Shown here in pieces: positions 19,744 through 63,469 of a stretch of 64,000 bases of DNA (its first letter is position 1; each line of letters opens with the position of its first letter). A program made the position numbers and the translations under genes. This DNA is from Amoebidium appalachense. Taxonomy: Eukaryota; Protista; Ichthyosporea. The DNA lies in the NCBI GenBank assembly GCA_963693365.1, contig CAVNZM010000008.1:4798310-4862309 (forward strand). The letters are read 5' to 3'. A model generated the notes under the pieces. That model searched no databases. It was not told the DNA's origin and was given only the letters and a program-made list of their open reading frames with translations.

Positions 19744-21936
19744 GGATTTTATAACGGTTTTTAAAATTTAAGTGGCAGTTTTAACTTTAACCGCCGTAGC
19801 CGCCGGGTTGGTTTTGTAACCGAGCGTTTGAATTCTAGTGTGGGATGTTGTGGAAGTAAAGGAGGTCGATTGGGAAAGCGCCCCACTGGGAGGAAAAGGG
19901 GTGATGGTGGGGTGGTTTTTTTTTTTTTTTGAATTTTATAGACATTCCATAATCAAATATTGTGTATGCATCAGCTAGACAAACAGTCCACGAATGGATA
20001 CATGAGCACTTCTCTCTTTAATGAAGGATTGTAACGTTCTATATATCGATATTTCGCATCAAAAGGTTTTTCTGTTCTTGTGTGTGTTTGTGCGTGTGTA
20101 CACTATTTCCTTGAGTATGGTAACAACGACATGATGAGGTGATGGATAGATATTCTATGGCTGTTACGAATAGTCGAAGTGTTTAAATTTTCTTCTGTGT
20201 TATTTTAGCGAGAACCCCAGTCGAAAAATATTTTGTAGCTATTTAAAGGGAGGTAAGGGGACAAGTGGTAAGAGGCGCACGAACGCTAATCATGCACCTA
20301 TTGTTGTACAGTAAGTTGTGTGATGAGAGGAAAAGCGATATTTTGTGACCTACACTATATAATTGGTTTTTGAAACCAAGCTTTTAATAAAAATGACATA
20401 ATAATTATTGACACTGCATGTGATTTTATTTGGGTGACCAGATGTCCTTCCTCTTTCTTTCTCTCCCCCCCCTCCTCGTCCCCCCATGCACGCGTACATA
20501 CAAACGTACACACACTGCACAACACACACACACACACAAGAGAGAGAGAGAGAGAGAGAGAGAGTAGCGACTTTGACTCGTAATGGCTGTACAAGCGACT
20601 GTGCCGTGCCGTCATGTCTATTCAGTACTCATCCATGCTACAATTATTTGACATACTGTGTATGTTATTTAGCTTAGCTATAGCCTAATACTATGAGCAT
20701 TCCGAACAATCCTGAGAGGCTTTAGGCCGGGATCCCTTCCAGAATCCTTGTCTTCTGACTTCTTTTGTGCATATTTTTCTTCAAGCTTTGCTTACATACT
20801 GCATGCTGCAACATTTACTGTGACCCTAGCTACTCTTGCTTGTGATGCCAGCTCACCTAGGTAGCCAAGCCGGCCGTCTCTGATCAAGACGGGACAGGCT
20901 GTGACCCAATTGCATGTTCCTCGAGTGAAGGCCTAGGGCCCGGGATCACTGCACTCTAGACCTTATTGGCCGCACACACAAACATTAAACGAAACTTTGT
21001 CATATTATCCATCAACCGTGAGCACACGTGCATGCTTATATACACCGCCAGACAAGCTTGCACTGAGGCTCACAAAAATAATGCCAGTGCACGTGCCGTG
21101 CATATGCCTATGCCTGCTGGATTGCCATGGAACTCTTACAGTAACCCCCCACTGATCCCTTGCCAGTCTCCCCCTTCCAATTCAAGTGCGTGCTAGTTTT
21201 CCCCCTCCTCCACTCCTGCTGAGCCTCGTACAGCCCCCCCCATCCCCCCCCCCCCCCCTCCCCCCCTCCCCCCCCCCCCTGCCTGCCCGCCCCCTCCCCC
21301 CTTCCCCCACTCCTCGGCGCCCTTTCAAACACAAGTTAACCTAAGCATACTACTATTGGCCCTACGTAAATTCAACAAAGCACATAAATTTATACATTGG
21401 ACACAGTGTATATTACGGGCTATATCAGGAAAATAAATACGGCGGACAGCATCACATGCCTCTATTCAACCAAGGCCCAAGGCAACCAGCCGCTCGTTTC
21501 TCAGAACCCTGTTGCCAGCCTTGCAAGCTTCCAGGATGTCCCAAGACCTACTGTAACATATCGCAGCATGCATGGAATACCGGGGAGGGGGCTGGGGGGT
21601 GGGGGGTGGGGGGGGGGGGGGGGTTACTCTTGCCAAATGAAGTAGGAGTGACAATCAGGGCTAATTAGAGTAGATAGTGAGTGATGAAACGAAGGGTCAG
21701 CATACAGAGTTTACTATGAGGAGCCTGAGTTTCTGGAGGAGGCCTTGCAATGGCCGGGATTTTTTTTTTTTTTTTTTTTTGAAAAATAATCTTGAGGCGT
21801 TAGTTAACAATAAGCACCATAGAATGACTCGTACCATTCAAGTTGGGGCGGTGGTACCGGTGTAAGGGCCGGGATTCTAGATTTTGAACTGGTGGGGAGG
21901 GAGGTGGTAGTTACCGACACCCCACCTGGTCCCCCC

Positions 21937-21975
<39 letters not shown>

Positions 21976-22417
21976 AACGTGCACGGGATGGCCAAGTATT
22001 TCTTTTCCACCCACCAAAGGCTGTATTCGCTATGGTCAACTATTAATAGGCTATGAGTTATCGGGGCAAGCATCATATATCGTGCTCACCATGCAGTGTT
22101 CGTGTGCGTGCCTGTGTGGGCAACGTTGGGGACTGTGTGTGTGTACGTCGTGTGTGAGTGAGTGTATATATGTTCATGTCGGGTGCGCATTGCTGATTTT
22201 GCATGTAGACTTCGTTTGCCTGTGTGGTACATATTCATCTAGTGCAGGTACTTATGAATTGAGTGTTGAATTATATGATACATGCGAAAGTGTGTGTGTG
22301 CGTGTGTGTGTGTGTGTCACGGTGTGTGTGTGTGTGTGCGTGTGTGCGCGCGCGCATCGGTGGGAAGACGAGAGACGAGTCCCGGCCAGACCCGCGAAGG
22401 GAGTGGGAGGGAGGGAT

Positions 22418-22460
<43 letters not shown>

Positions 22461-23369
22461 TGGATTTACGGTAGCCTGAGTTTCAGGTGATCAAGGACTC
22501 CATATTACTCTTCAATGTTTACGTTTTGGGTGTGTATGTAATCCGCTGCTAATCATAGCACTGCATGATGCAGTGTATATGGTTAGGTTGCTAGCTGTTC
22601 GAGGCTGATATATAAAGTCATAGAAGCCTGTAGGATGGGTGTCCCCGCCTGTTCCCCCCCTCCCCCTGCTAGCTAGTTGGAGGGGTGGGTGGGTCCCCCG
22701 CCCCTTAACCTTGGCCGGAAGGGGGGTGGGGGGGGGAAAGGGTCCCAGAAAGGAGCCCCGGGATGGGGTCCCCCCCCACCCCCCATCCCATCCAACCTCC
22801 CTCCCCAAGTTACTACTTTCCTCCTCCCCGTTTGAAAAATATGAATGCCTAACACAAGTTGGGCCAAGCCGTGAAATATACAAAGCAGGCGAACTTGATG
22901 ATCTCAGTAGCTACCAGGTGGCGGGCATTAAAATACACACACACTTTATGTTTTCCAGCTCCTCAACGATTGCAAAAAAATCACGGCGGAGCAAAAAGAG
23001 CGAAAGGGCAAGAACGACTTTTTGGAACAGAACATTTATCACTTAGATTAACACAGGTTAATTTGGAGTAAATTACTGACAACCTGCAAACGTGGTGAAT
23101 CTGTGGGTGCCACGACCCAGCGGATAGTACTAGTATGTACATGTGTGCGCACGGTGACATGTGCACTGTAGTGTGCACGAGACTTTATCAGAGTCTCTTG
23201 CTCTCTCTCTGAGACTCGCTCTGTCGATATATCCCTCTTCTTTTCCTTCAGTCCCCCTCCCTCCCTCCATCGAGGCTATCTCTCTTAATTTCTCTCACTC
23301 TCTCCCCTCCCCCCCCTCTCTCTCCCACACACACACACACCGTGACATACACACACTCTCAGAGTCTCT

Positions 23370-23468
23370 CTCTCTCTCGATCAAGCTTCCTCACTCTCAA
23401 GGCTTCCTCTCGCTCTCTCCCCCCTCCCCCCCCCCCTCTCTCTTGATATCACTCTCACTCTCTCCCTC

Positions 23469-23501
<33 letters not shown>

Positions 23502-23757
23502 TTGCTCTCTCTCTCGATCAAGCTTCCTCACTCACTGTCTTCCTCTCCCTCTCTTTCTCTCGCTCTCGAGATCCTTCCCCCCTCCCCCCCCCCCCCCCCT
23601 CTCTCTCTTGATATCACTCTCTCACTCTCTCTCTCTCTCCCGCCCCTTGCTCTCTCTCTCTCGATCAAGCTTCCTCACTCTCTCTGTCTTCCTCTCCCTC
23701 TCTTTCTCTCGCTCTCGAGATCCTTCCCCCCTCCCCCCCCCCCTCTCTCTCTTGATA

Positions 23758-23790
<33 letters not shown>
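23370..23790. repeat. Composite pyrimidine-rich tandem repeat, ~140 bp x3
   Basis: CTCTCGATCAAGCTTCCTCACTC and CTCTCTTGATATCACTCTC each occur three times in the same order, separated by (CT)n and poly(C). Confidence 0.75.
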
Positions 23791-23792
<2 letters not shown>

Positions 23793-24622
23793 CTCTCTTT
23801 CGTCCTCTCCTTCTCTCTCTTCCTCTCTCTGGCCACCCCCTCCCCCCGAGCCCCCCCCCCCCCCCCCCCTCCCCTCGTCCAGATTTCGCTGTCTCTCTCT
23901 CTTTCTCTCTGTGTGCGTGTATGTGTGAGCGTGTATGTGTGCACGTGTGCACGTGTAGTACTGTAGTAACGTGCGTGTGTGCTTGTGTAGTGTACTGTGT
24001 GGTAACCGGGCCGTTGTGTTTGTACGCGCGCGCGTGTGTGTCTGTGTGTGTCACGTGGCATGATGTGTGTGCGTGTGCGTGCGTGCGTGCGCGCATGCGT
24101 GTGTGTGTGTGTGTGTGTGTGTGTGAGTGCGTGTGTACACGTATGCAGTGATTTGATTTCTGGCCAGCTTTCTGCGGCCACGTGCACAATCTTGGCGCGA
24201 GTACTAATATTAGTGTTGTATAAATAAGTCTTCCTAACGTGTGCAAGTGGGTTGTGGAACCTCAAGAGTGTATAACACAATAGAGTCGACCTAGTGCTGC
24301 TTAGAAGCACAATCACTTACACCAGGCTGCTAAGCTATGATCGAAAGAAAGACAAGCTAGAAGAAGGAGAAATGGCTAACACGTACTGACGTGTTGCCGC
24401 ACGTGCGACGTTATACATCTACTTGAGGCGGCCCTTTTTACAAAAAAAAAAAAAAAAAAAAAAGAAAAAAAAAGAAAAAAAGAAAAGGGAGACACCGCCT
24501 CAGTTTTAGGTGGTAGGAGAATTAAGCCAGCCAGAGAAGCCCCTCGCACGTAGCTACAGCCAATCATAGTGGTCCTTGATCTAGGCCGATCGGTCAAGGC
24601 CTCCTAAATAGGTGTGCTATTT

Positions 24623-24916
24623 TGGGGTTTATACACTTTTTATTGCGTGGACACTGCCGGAGGCCCAGCCACATTCGACGGCCTACTGCGTTTTCCAGCG
24701 CAGCCAATCAAAGGCAGCCAGTGACATATGTACATGCTAGGCAACAATGAGCGCCATCGTAGTATATGACACCCCTATTACATATTATGGGTAAGCAGAG
24801 GCTAGCATCGGTAGCTCCGAAAGAAAGTTAGGGCACCGGATCACAATATCATACTGTGCAGCATTAATAAGGTGATCTAGGATAGTCATCTTAAAACGGA
24901 TATATTGAGGAAGAGA
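24623..24916 (-). mobile_element. 5'-truncated family B retroposon copy, 11-bp TSD GTGTGCTATTT
   Basis: Homologous to 11770-12160. Encodes PQYIRFKMTILDHLINAAQYDIVIRC...AYP*. TSD at 24612-24622 and 24917-24927. Confidence 0.88.
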
Positions 24917-25529
24917 GTGTGCTATTTAGGAGGCCTTGCGATCGGTCCACAATGGCAATCCGGATTCAGAAATCGGATTGAGTCCCGAATCGACAGGTGC
25001 GATTCGGTACGATCCGTAGCCCGATCCAACCCACATATCGGACGGGATACCTGCAGCAGCGGATGCAGGCAGGCTGTACATAAGGATCATGAAACTTGAT
25101 GCACGCGCGATTTGCAGACTACGCCTTGTTGACGTCATTTTTTATCGGTTTAAAGAGGCCAAGAAAATGAAAAATAGAGTAGCGGTTGACACACTTGAAT
25201 AGACCGTCCTCAAAATCGCCTGGAGACAGGGGTTGAAACACATTGTATGTTTACTGCAATTTGGCACCATGTTGACGAATTCTGATGTCTATGATTCACA
25301 TGTTGATCAGTACAAACAATAACCCCAGAAAATACATTCGGGAATCTGGATTAGTTTTTGTGACCATGGAAAGAGGGCTAGAAAGAAGTTGTATATATAC
25401 TGTAATTTGACACCCAATTCGGGAAAAATATCATTTGTATGATTCACCTGTTCATAACTACAAAAAGCAACAAACTCAGAAAACAGAATCGGGAACCCGA
25501 GTTGAATTTTGTGACCATGGGCAGCACCC

Positions 25530-25562
<33 letters not shown>

Positions 25563-26287
25563 CCCCCCCCTCCCCTCCCCCCCCCCCCCTCCCCCCCCCC
25601 CCCCCCCCCCCCACCACCACCACCACGGTGACCACCACCACCACCACCACCAAAAAAAAAAAAAAAAATTTATGAAATGATATTGTGCATGTGCTGCTCA
25701 TTACAATTCATACAAAGAAAAAACAGTCTTCACAGCTAAGAAGGATATGAACGTTTGCTAAATATTAAACTAGTGGCATTGGTAGATCTTCAGTAAATTT
25801 ATATTTGCTACGACTAATTAGTGACAGTCACTACTACGTATACAATGACTGTATGGTATTTGCTTTCGGCGGGGCCGTGTTTCTTGGCTTGGCCACTTCG
25901 AGTCATGCACGTTTGCGAACTTGCCAAACTTCATTCATGTGTGTTGTATATATATATGTTGTGTCTGTGTGTCTCACGTGTCTGTGCTTGTGCTGCGTGT
26001 TCTAAACTTAGCGAGAGCACGTGTAGTTGTTTGTATATATACTACGTCATTATGTCATAGCTCTGACTGTGTGTGTCTGTGTGTCTCACGTGTCTGTGCT
26101 TGTGCCGCGTGTTCTAAACTTAGCGAAATTCATGTGTGCATGTGTGTGCATGCGTGTGTAGAACTTGAATGGGGAGGGAAAATGGCACACACTCTATTCA
26201 ATTCATAACCTCCGATTCCTCTCGCCCTCCCCCCCTCCCTCCCTCCAAGTCCCCCTCCCCCCCACCTTCATGAAAGAGAGAGGCGAT

Positions 26288-26323
<36 letters not shown>

Positions 26324-26666
26324 AGAGGCGGAGAGAGAGTGAGAGAGAGAGAGAGGGAGAGAGAGAAAGAGAGAGAGGGAGAGAGCTAGAGAGAGGGAGG
26401 GAGAGACCCGCTGTAGGAGCAATGATAGACAATATTTTTGACAATATTTTTGGTCGGAAAGCCAGAATATGGATCGATAGCGCATATTGCCTGGGCCGTT
26501 GCCTTTCGCCCCCGCGCCCCGGCCTGGGCGCCCCCCATGGCACCAATATTCACCCACGTGCACAGTCCATTTTGCCCACTCGAGTCCCCCTTCTCCCCTC
26601 CCCTCCCCTCCCCGCCCCCCTCCCTCCTCACCCCCCGGCCTCTCCCTCCCCACCCCCCTTTCGACC

Positions 26667-26705
<39 letters not shown>

Positions 26706-27614
26706 AGGTTCTTTGGGAATCCAGAATAAACGTTTGGAATGTTTTTTGGGGAATTTCGATCCCTGTTGGCGGCATTAAACATAAACCAATCAGATGGTTC
26801 CAAACTTGATTCAAAGCCTGTTTGCACATGTGCGAAAGCTCATTTTGATTGGATGTATTTGAAAGTCTAAACTACCGTAATCCCCCCTCACCTCAAAATT
26901 ATCAGAATATTAAAGATGCCGAAAAGCCAAATTCCTACTCATGCTACATTAGTACTCATGCTACATTAGTACTGTCCAAGCCCTAACAAAAAAGATTATA
27001 TTTCTAAATTGCTTAAGACACTCTCTATATATAACTGTATAGATTACTTTGTTTGATTTGGAAAGGTTTGTATTCAGTATTTCATCAACATGGTGAAAAT
27101 GTGAACCCCCGGTAGGTTGAGGAGACACCGTTCCCTGTACGGTACGACGGTCGGAGCGGCTACACGCTCGTTTCCCTCGTGTGTCCTTTTCTAACTTTCT
27201 CTCGCTGAATGAATAAGAGGAAAAGCAACTCACAAACGGGCTGATGCCTACCACATGGTTTCTAAATCACGGGTTTGCTTGCTGATGTGCCGTTTTGTCA
27301 GTGCACGCGATCGTGAACCCAACAAACAGTCCCTGGTTGTTGCCTTTGAGAATCCCTTTGGGAACACCAATTGCACAAAAACAAAAACACATGGTTAAAC
27401 AGGGAATTAGTTACTTAAGGGTTGATGGTTTTTATCACATCTTCCTTTCCCCTCAAACACTCAGAGAAACGACAACCAGTTCAAACTAGATGGCTTTGCT
27501 TGTAACGAACCCCCGTAACCACACAACTGCTCAGATGGAAAGCTAAGAGTAACACACTTTCAAACCCGGTTATCACATCTTTCTATCCATACATTCAAAG
27601 CTTTAACGTAAAAG

Positions 27615-40914
<13,300 letters not shown>

Positions 40915-41048
40915 TTTCCTCCTGAGGGTGATGGGAACTGGGGGAAATGAGGGTATATAGAAACATAAAAACAGACGCACAGCACATGGGCACAAACAGA
41001 TAACTTGTAGGAACACTGGCACAATAGAAGACACACACACAAACACAC

Positions 41049-41089
<41 letters not shown>

Positions 41090-41146
41090 AAACACACACA
41101 CACGTAAACACACACACGTAAACACAGACACACACCAACAAATGGA

Positions 41147-41185
<39 letters not shown>

Positions 41186-41706
41186 AACTTATCATCCTTC
41201 CAGTCTACAAGTGTTCCTAGGGTACCAGCAAGAGTGAGGGAGAGAGGTGTGTGGGCAGGTGCGTGTTTGTGTGTGCGCACGCTCCGGGGGGAGGGGGGAG
41301 GTGGGGGGAGGGGGAGGGGGGAAGATTGCATCACACGTTTTCAATGTTCTCAAAAAATGGTAATTTTCAAACAGACCAACGAATATGTGTGTACGTGTAA
41401 TAAGGAGTGTGTATTATTACCCAAACCTAATCCCTAATACTACAAATATTGTGTAACTTCTTATCATGTGAAAGGTTAACCAAATTTAGCAGATTGTCCA
41501 AAAATCATATCATGCCAGTACGCATGTACAGATACAACTTGTGCTATTAGTCGATTCGTCTAATTAAGTTTGAGATTGTTACTCAAGTGTACGCGGTGTA
41601 GAGTTTTTGAGTCGCAAATTCCCAAGCGGCAAATTAGTGGAAACGGGCCTCCCTGAAAGGATTGTACATTAAAGACATTCTTGTACTTTTTTTTTCTTTT
41701 TTTTTT

Positions 41707-41761
<55 letters not shown>

Positions 41762-42554
41762 TATGCGGGCGGGGCTACAATACAGTACCCCTAGGATTGG
41801 CTATGCAACTTAGACTATATCAAACAGAGACAGCCCATATATTTTTTATTCTTTTCCTAAGAAAAATTAGGTAACATAGTTACTGTATTGTACCTAATTT
41901 GCAAGGATATTTAGGGGTCGAAACATTGGAAATCGTGAGGAACCAATGGCGCTTACCTCTGATATCACCCATAAGTCAAAACCAGATCTTAACTGTGATA
42001 TTTATAATCTGAATCTGAGCCGGTCTGTGGCATGGCTCCCACCAACTTGATCAGAAATCCCCAATTAAATTTATCAGCAATAAAATGGATCCGCCGGGAA
42101 AAAAAGGTTCCACATTCAGCCCTTCATATGCATGTGCCACACAACTTGCGTGCACAAAATAAAAATCATGACCAGAGTCTGCTAAAACCAGAATAATCCT
42201 GTTCGACGCAGGTTTATTCCAAACCGCCCTTGAATCAAAAACTGCCTTTGGGTGGGTGTACACTTGTGTGTTGGTGGTGGTGGTGGTGACGGTGGTGGTG
42301 GTGGGGGGGGGGGGGGGGGGGGGGGGGGGAATACGATTTTTTGCAGAAAAATTTCAACCGAGTCATCGGGCAGCAAGTTTATTTTGCTTCTGTATTAGGG
42401 CCTGCACATGTTTCCAATGGGCCACCTACAGTTTATGGGTCCATGCTACAACGATTCAATTAATTTACAATTAATCGTGCAATTGCATGAGATTCAGGAT
42501 CGTTTGAGCGGGGTACGTGTGCGTGGAAGGGGGGGGGAAGAGGGAGAGGGGGAG

Positions 42555-42586
<32 letters not shown>

Positions 42587-44721
42587 AAGGGGGGGGGGGG
42601 GGGGAGAAGGGGGACGCAAGGAGCCGTTAGATTAAAGCTAACGCCATAGTTTCAAGAGTCGAATACCAAAGCTACAATAGCCCCCTGGCCCGGCCCGGTT
42701 GACCGTGTGTTGTACTGCGCTCCGGATTCAAGTTTAAAGTTACACACGTGCACTATGGGCACTGAAAGTTTGGTCGGGACCCTGCTGAATCCCGCCCTGG
42801 AAAAACAGAAAAAAGACGGATCGGAATGTGATATATATGGTTAGAATTGACATGCTTATTTGCGGGGGAAAGGGAGGGGGGAAGGGGGGAAGAAGGGGAG
42901 AGGGGGGAGGTTTTCAATTCCACCAAACCAAAACAAAAACCATGTAATCAATGACTCAACTTCATAATGATAAGTTAATTTAGAAGTAACTTCGAAAATT
43001 GAGAAGATTCGAAATTGAATAAACAAACGTATTTGCATACAGGCATACAAAGCAGAGTGGCCGACATCATCAAGCCGCCCGAGCATATTAGACGCTGATG
43101 TGCCTCGGGGAGAAGGGAGGTGCGGGGAAAGAAAGGAAATGAGTCTCAGAGGGGTGAGTGTTACAGTCAGGTGGAGCTTGAGGGCTCGGGAGAGGAAGTG
43201 GAGGAGGAGGAGGAGGGAGGGGGGGGGGGGGGAGGGGGGGGGAAACTCTATAGGGGGGGAGGGGGGGGGGGGGGAGGGGGGAGAGCGATTGAGAAACATG
43301 GGGCCCGGAGGGGGAGGGGGGCGAGGGGGGGGGGGGGGGTGAAGACTGAAAGAGAGAGGCAGAGAGAGAGAGAGGGAGAGAGGGGGGGGGGGGGGACACA
43401 GACCAAATCTGAGCTAAAAAACAATCCCAACGGGCCCGGCCCCTAGATAACCCGGAGAAACTGCACCTAGCTCTCTGATAAGGTGGCCTAGTTGTGGCTG
43501 GACACACAGAAAAACACAACAGTTACTACAGAATGCATGCAAGCAAACCCAGTCATTGCCATACGACTGGAGGCCAAGGACTGGCAGTCACTTGGAAAGC
43601 TCCCCGACGACCAAGTAGCCGCCCCTCCACTCACGCAGCGCAGAAGTAGCTGAAGAAGTTGCAGCAGCCCACCGCCAATAGGTCGCGTAGAAGCGTAGAC
43701 AGCGGTGTAGAAGTTACCATAGGTTGCAGTGGACCACCAGGCGTTGAAGAAACCACTTCTCAAGCGAGAAACTCCGCGAAAGGGAGATGCCCCCACACTC
43801 TCACAGCAGTAGGAGTACACCAGCACACACCACACACACGCTGCAGTCACGTTCCCCTGAGTGGGACTCCCTCCCACCACAAAAAGAAGAAACGAAAGCC
43901 TTCATATACCTGCCATGGTGAAGAATCGGGAAAAAAAAGTTGACGTGACAGCTAAGAGATCAAAGTGAAAGTGAAGTCCCATTGTTCACTGAGTTTAATG
44001 TGGAATGTCCTCCCCAACCGACGTCTGGCAACAGCCTGCTGTACATGTATGTGGCCGTATGTAGACCTGACACCGTTATATTTCCCTTCCCTATATCCAT
44101 ATATTCTTTTTCACCGTAGTTTACCTATAATCCTGCACTTTTATCCATAATTTTTTATGCCTTTGTGCACCTTTTTCACCAGCCACTTATACAAGACCGT
44201 GTACATGTTGTTGTATGTAAACGTTTATCTCCGCATCGTCGCGGCGTTTGAAAGCTGCCGGCACGTGCACTGTACAGTAAACCGCTCGAATTTGGGACAC
44301 TTTTCGCGTCATCGCTGATCGAGCGCTTATGGGTAGCTATTTTTAGCTTTTTTCTGGAACATTCGAGCATCCCCAGCAAGCCCTGGCACATGGCTACCCC
44401 AGTATATAAGCGCTGAGGTTCATAAAACACGTTTCCGACGACTTAGACACGTGAATGTAGCCTAGGGTATCATCTTGCAAAATTCATTCTGAACTCAAAA
44501 TGCATTTTTATTTGGGACACGTGTTGCATAGACGTATATGCAGACGAACATGCTGACGCACATGCACCAGCTGGGTGTGGTCTCGCTGTTCCTTTCACCG
44601 TTGCCCACCCCTGGGTCCTTCTCTAGCTTTCAAACCAGTCTGTCCACTCAACGAGGCTTCAAGGGTGCCTGTTTTGCAAAATAAACTGAACACATCATAC
44701 TGAACTGAACACACTGTACTG

Positions 44722-47013
<2,292 letters not shown>

Positions 47014-47630
47014 GTGCACTGTGCACACGACCGGACGCCGTATCATATGGCATGCCCTTTCTTGAGTCCCCCACCCAGCTAATTCTGGTCCACTTTTAGC
47101 AAAAAAAGCACTTTATTCATACTATGCGTGCGGTCTTTTCTTCTCTGATGGTTGTAATTACGAAATATTGTAGATATCATCGATCGATATCCCACTGTCT
47201 AAGGTTCAGCTGATCGATCCGCAGATCATGGCATGCATCGCCTGAGCCGACGAATCGACAAGACCCACACGATATATTTTTGGTAAATGACGCAAATTGG
47301 TTTGAAGATCCCCCTATAAGCCAAAAACAGCTATCAAACCCCTAAAAGTTTAAGCCGCTGCAAACGTTCGGAAAACAGGGTTAGTAAATATGGAATGTTT
47401 CACCTCCAAAACAAGCCAATCGACGTGGAGATAATTTACCCAAATCCGGAAGAAGAATTTCGCTATTTTTTCCTTGTACTGGTGAGTGGCGACCCGCCGT
47501 GACAAGATCTACCCATGATCTTATGGCGTCAACTTGTCCACTCCAAGTTGAATAGGTAGTACAAGCTGTACAAGTTATTTCTACTTGTTGGTGGTGAATA
47601 ATTGTACATGTATGAGCTTCATATATGTAC

Positions 47631-47766
47631 TGCTAACATATATACACTTGTGCTTCTATTGTAGCCTGCCCTAATAAGTCATATTCTATATACCCTACTG
47701 CTAACATATATACACTTGTGCTTCTATTGTAGCCTGCCCTAATAAGTCATATTCTATATACCCTAT
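47631..47766. repeat. Perfect 68-bp tandem duplication upstream of the globin gene
   Basis: TGCTAACATATATACACTTGTGC...TTCTATATACCCTA starts at 47631 and again at 47699. Confidence 0.9.
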
Positions 47767-47914
47767 TCCAGTTTCACAGTTGCCAATGATTTGAGATTCT
47801 TTCCCCGTAGAAATCTTCGAGCTCAAACATGGGAAATCATTATTACACACGGTGACCAAATCATCAACGAATGCCGTACAGTTCTCCGTAAGTGGAACAC
47901 ATGTACAGCATAAC

Positions 47915-54434
<6,520 letters not shown>

Positions 54435-54850
54435 ATGGGTTAAGGTATAAAAAGGTTTGTGTGTGATATTATAGGCATGTATATAAGGTGGTGGTTTTTT
54501 CCATTGTGCTGTAATATTAATTTTAAATTTAACCCGGGCTTTTCTGTGTGTGAAGATCACGGTAATACAGGCCTCGGGGTGGGGCGTGTTCATCATTAGG
54601 GTGTGGGAAAGGTTTGGTCGCTGGTTAGTGTAATTTCATGAGAAGGAGAAAATGGTAACGTGTGAGCGCATTTATGTCCTACTGGTTTGGTTATCCGGCC
54701 TTTACAGAATCCGGCCTTTACAGAATGAAAAATACGAATATTTGGCATTAGTACGTGGCGGTAGTATAATTATGGGGAGTAATTGCACGGTACGTTCATT
54801 CTTGCTTCCATGTTTCAGTATCATAGGGACACATGCAACACACACAAACA

Positions 54851-54919
<69 letters not shown>

Positions 54920-56084
54920 ACATACACAAACACACATACACCCCTAATAACAGAGATTGGGCTGGACCCGTGCTCTTTTTGTATCTTAGTAATGTATTTG
55001 TGACGTAAGAGTGTCCAAAACTAACTAAACTAACTAACTAAAACTAAACTAGTGTCCTCACTAACACATTTATCAACTAATCTACAAACTTGGATCTAAT
55101 TCAGGAGAAATAGTCTAGGTTACTAGCCGATAATGAATATTTAGTACAACTTACACTTGTACACGTCCACACTATGCGGTTACACAGACCGCTTATGTTG
55201 GACCCTTGATATCCGTGTACACCGATCACGTGAAGTTTTGTGACAACGACCGTCGTGAATCGGCCCGGCCCCTCGAGCGCTCTTCAATATTAATCTTACA
55301 CGTGTGTGCGTGCATGCATGCACACGTGCACACACACATGATCACTGCACACACACATATGTACACACACACGCACACACAAAATACACACTGTGACACG
55401 CGTCAACATGTGCAGGGACACACGTGTACACATGTTCATGCCGGCGTGCGCGCGCACACGCATACACACGTCTCTAGGTGGAACACATGTGTGTGTGCGG
55501 CGCGCGCATGCACACACACAGGTCGCGTATATGGTCTGTGCAGGCACACACACATGTGCACGCACACACACCCCGGGCCCACCCATCCACACACATGCAC
55601 ACAACGATAACTGCGTGATCACATAATTGTGGCCCTTGGTACCGAAATAGACCCATGCCATACATATCGTTAGTTCCACGACCACACACATGGGCACGGA
55701 TTTTATGGGTTATGGACTCTGCGTGTGCACGTACATGCGGGCGCTGACCCGCAACCCCCTTACAGTAACTCTTACTTGTAGTCACACTGCTTCCAAAGCT
55801 TGTTCTTGCGCTTGTTTGGGCGAAATTCAGGACCCCCCCCCCCTCCCCCCACACACCAAAAAAAACAAACAAAAAACAAAGCTGCGCGTGTGTGCGTATG
55901 ACTAGGTGTGACGTGTGTGTGGTTGTGGTGGCCAATGTCGTGGCGGTGGTTGGGAGGAGAGAAGCCCGGGGCAGGGGGGACGAACATAGGTGTGGTTGTG
56001 TGGGAGTGTGAGCAATTCCGTAAGTCCTCAGGCTGCAGGACATGCAGACGGGGGGCGGGGGGGGGGGGGGGGGGGGGGGGCGGG

Positions 56085-56175
56085 GGTTGAATGCGTTTTA
56101 AAGTACGAAGTACACATGAACAACGGATAACACAATGCAGAGTGCAAACCATACATAAAAAGTATGCATAATAAG
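56085..56175 (-). repeat. 5'-truncated copy of the SINE-like repeat; further minus-strand copies at ~58293-58396, ~60826-60900 and, more degenerate, ~60630-60700, ~62912-62947, ~63505-63600; a plus-strand copy at ~9840-9937
   Basis: Reverse complement reads TTATTATGCATACTTTTTATGTATGGTTTGCACTCTGCATTGTGTTATCCGTTGTTCATGTGTACTTCGTAC...ACGCATTCAACCCCC. Confidence 0.8.
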
Positions 56176-56515
56176 AGGGGGGGGGGGAGAGGGGGGGGGT
56201 CCAGTAGGATCGAAAACTTGGGACAAATAGAACGGTTCAGATATTTATGATATTGCCAATAGTACTTCTGAAAGAACAGGTGGCTTGAGACACACAACAC
56301 ATGCACGAGAAGTATGCTCGTTTTCTGTTGCACGGCAACCCGCCACCACACCACTAGCACGATCGAAATTTCACCCAATTGCACGGGTAAAAATTACACA
56401 GAACGCAGTTGGAAAAATCTAAAAACAACGCAGACTACTGAACGCAACATTGGTTGCATTTTTTCACTCGATCTCATACGATCAGGGCCGATTTGCGATC
56501 GATCAGCAGAATCGA

Positions 56516-63469
<6,954 letters not shown>

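Noticed and set aside
25961-26126. Small local duplications (also 7905-8094, 8813-9030, 26936-26973, 54693-54726)
   Set aside because: These are ordinary short tandem or near-tandem duplications with no sign of function.
42930-43945. Possible coding or LINE ORF1 remnants
   Set aside because: No recognisable motifs or consistent splice sites, and the frames I read are short or broken by stops.
44273-44300. TA-CAGTAAACC pogo/Tigger-like terminus, also at ~15031
   Set aside because: No matching inverted partner was found.
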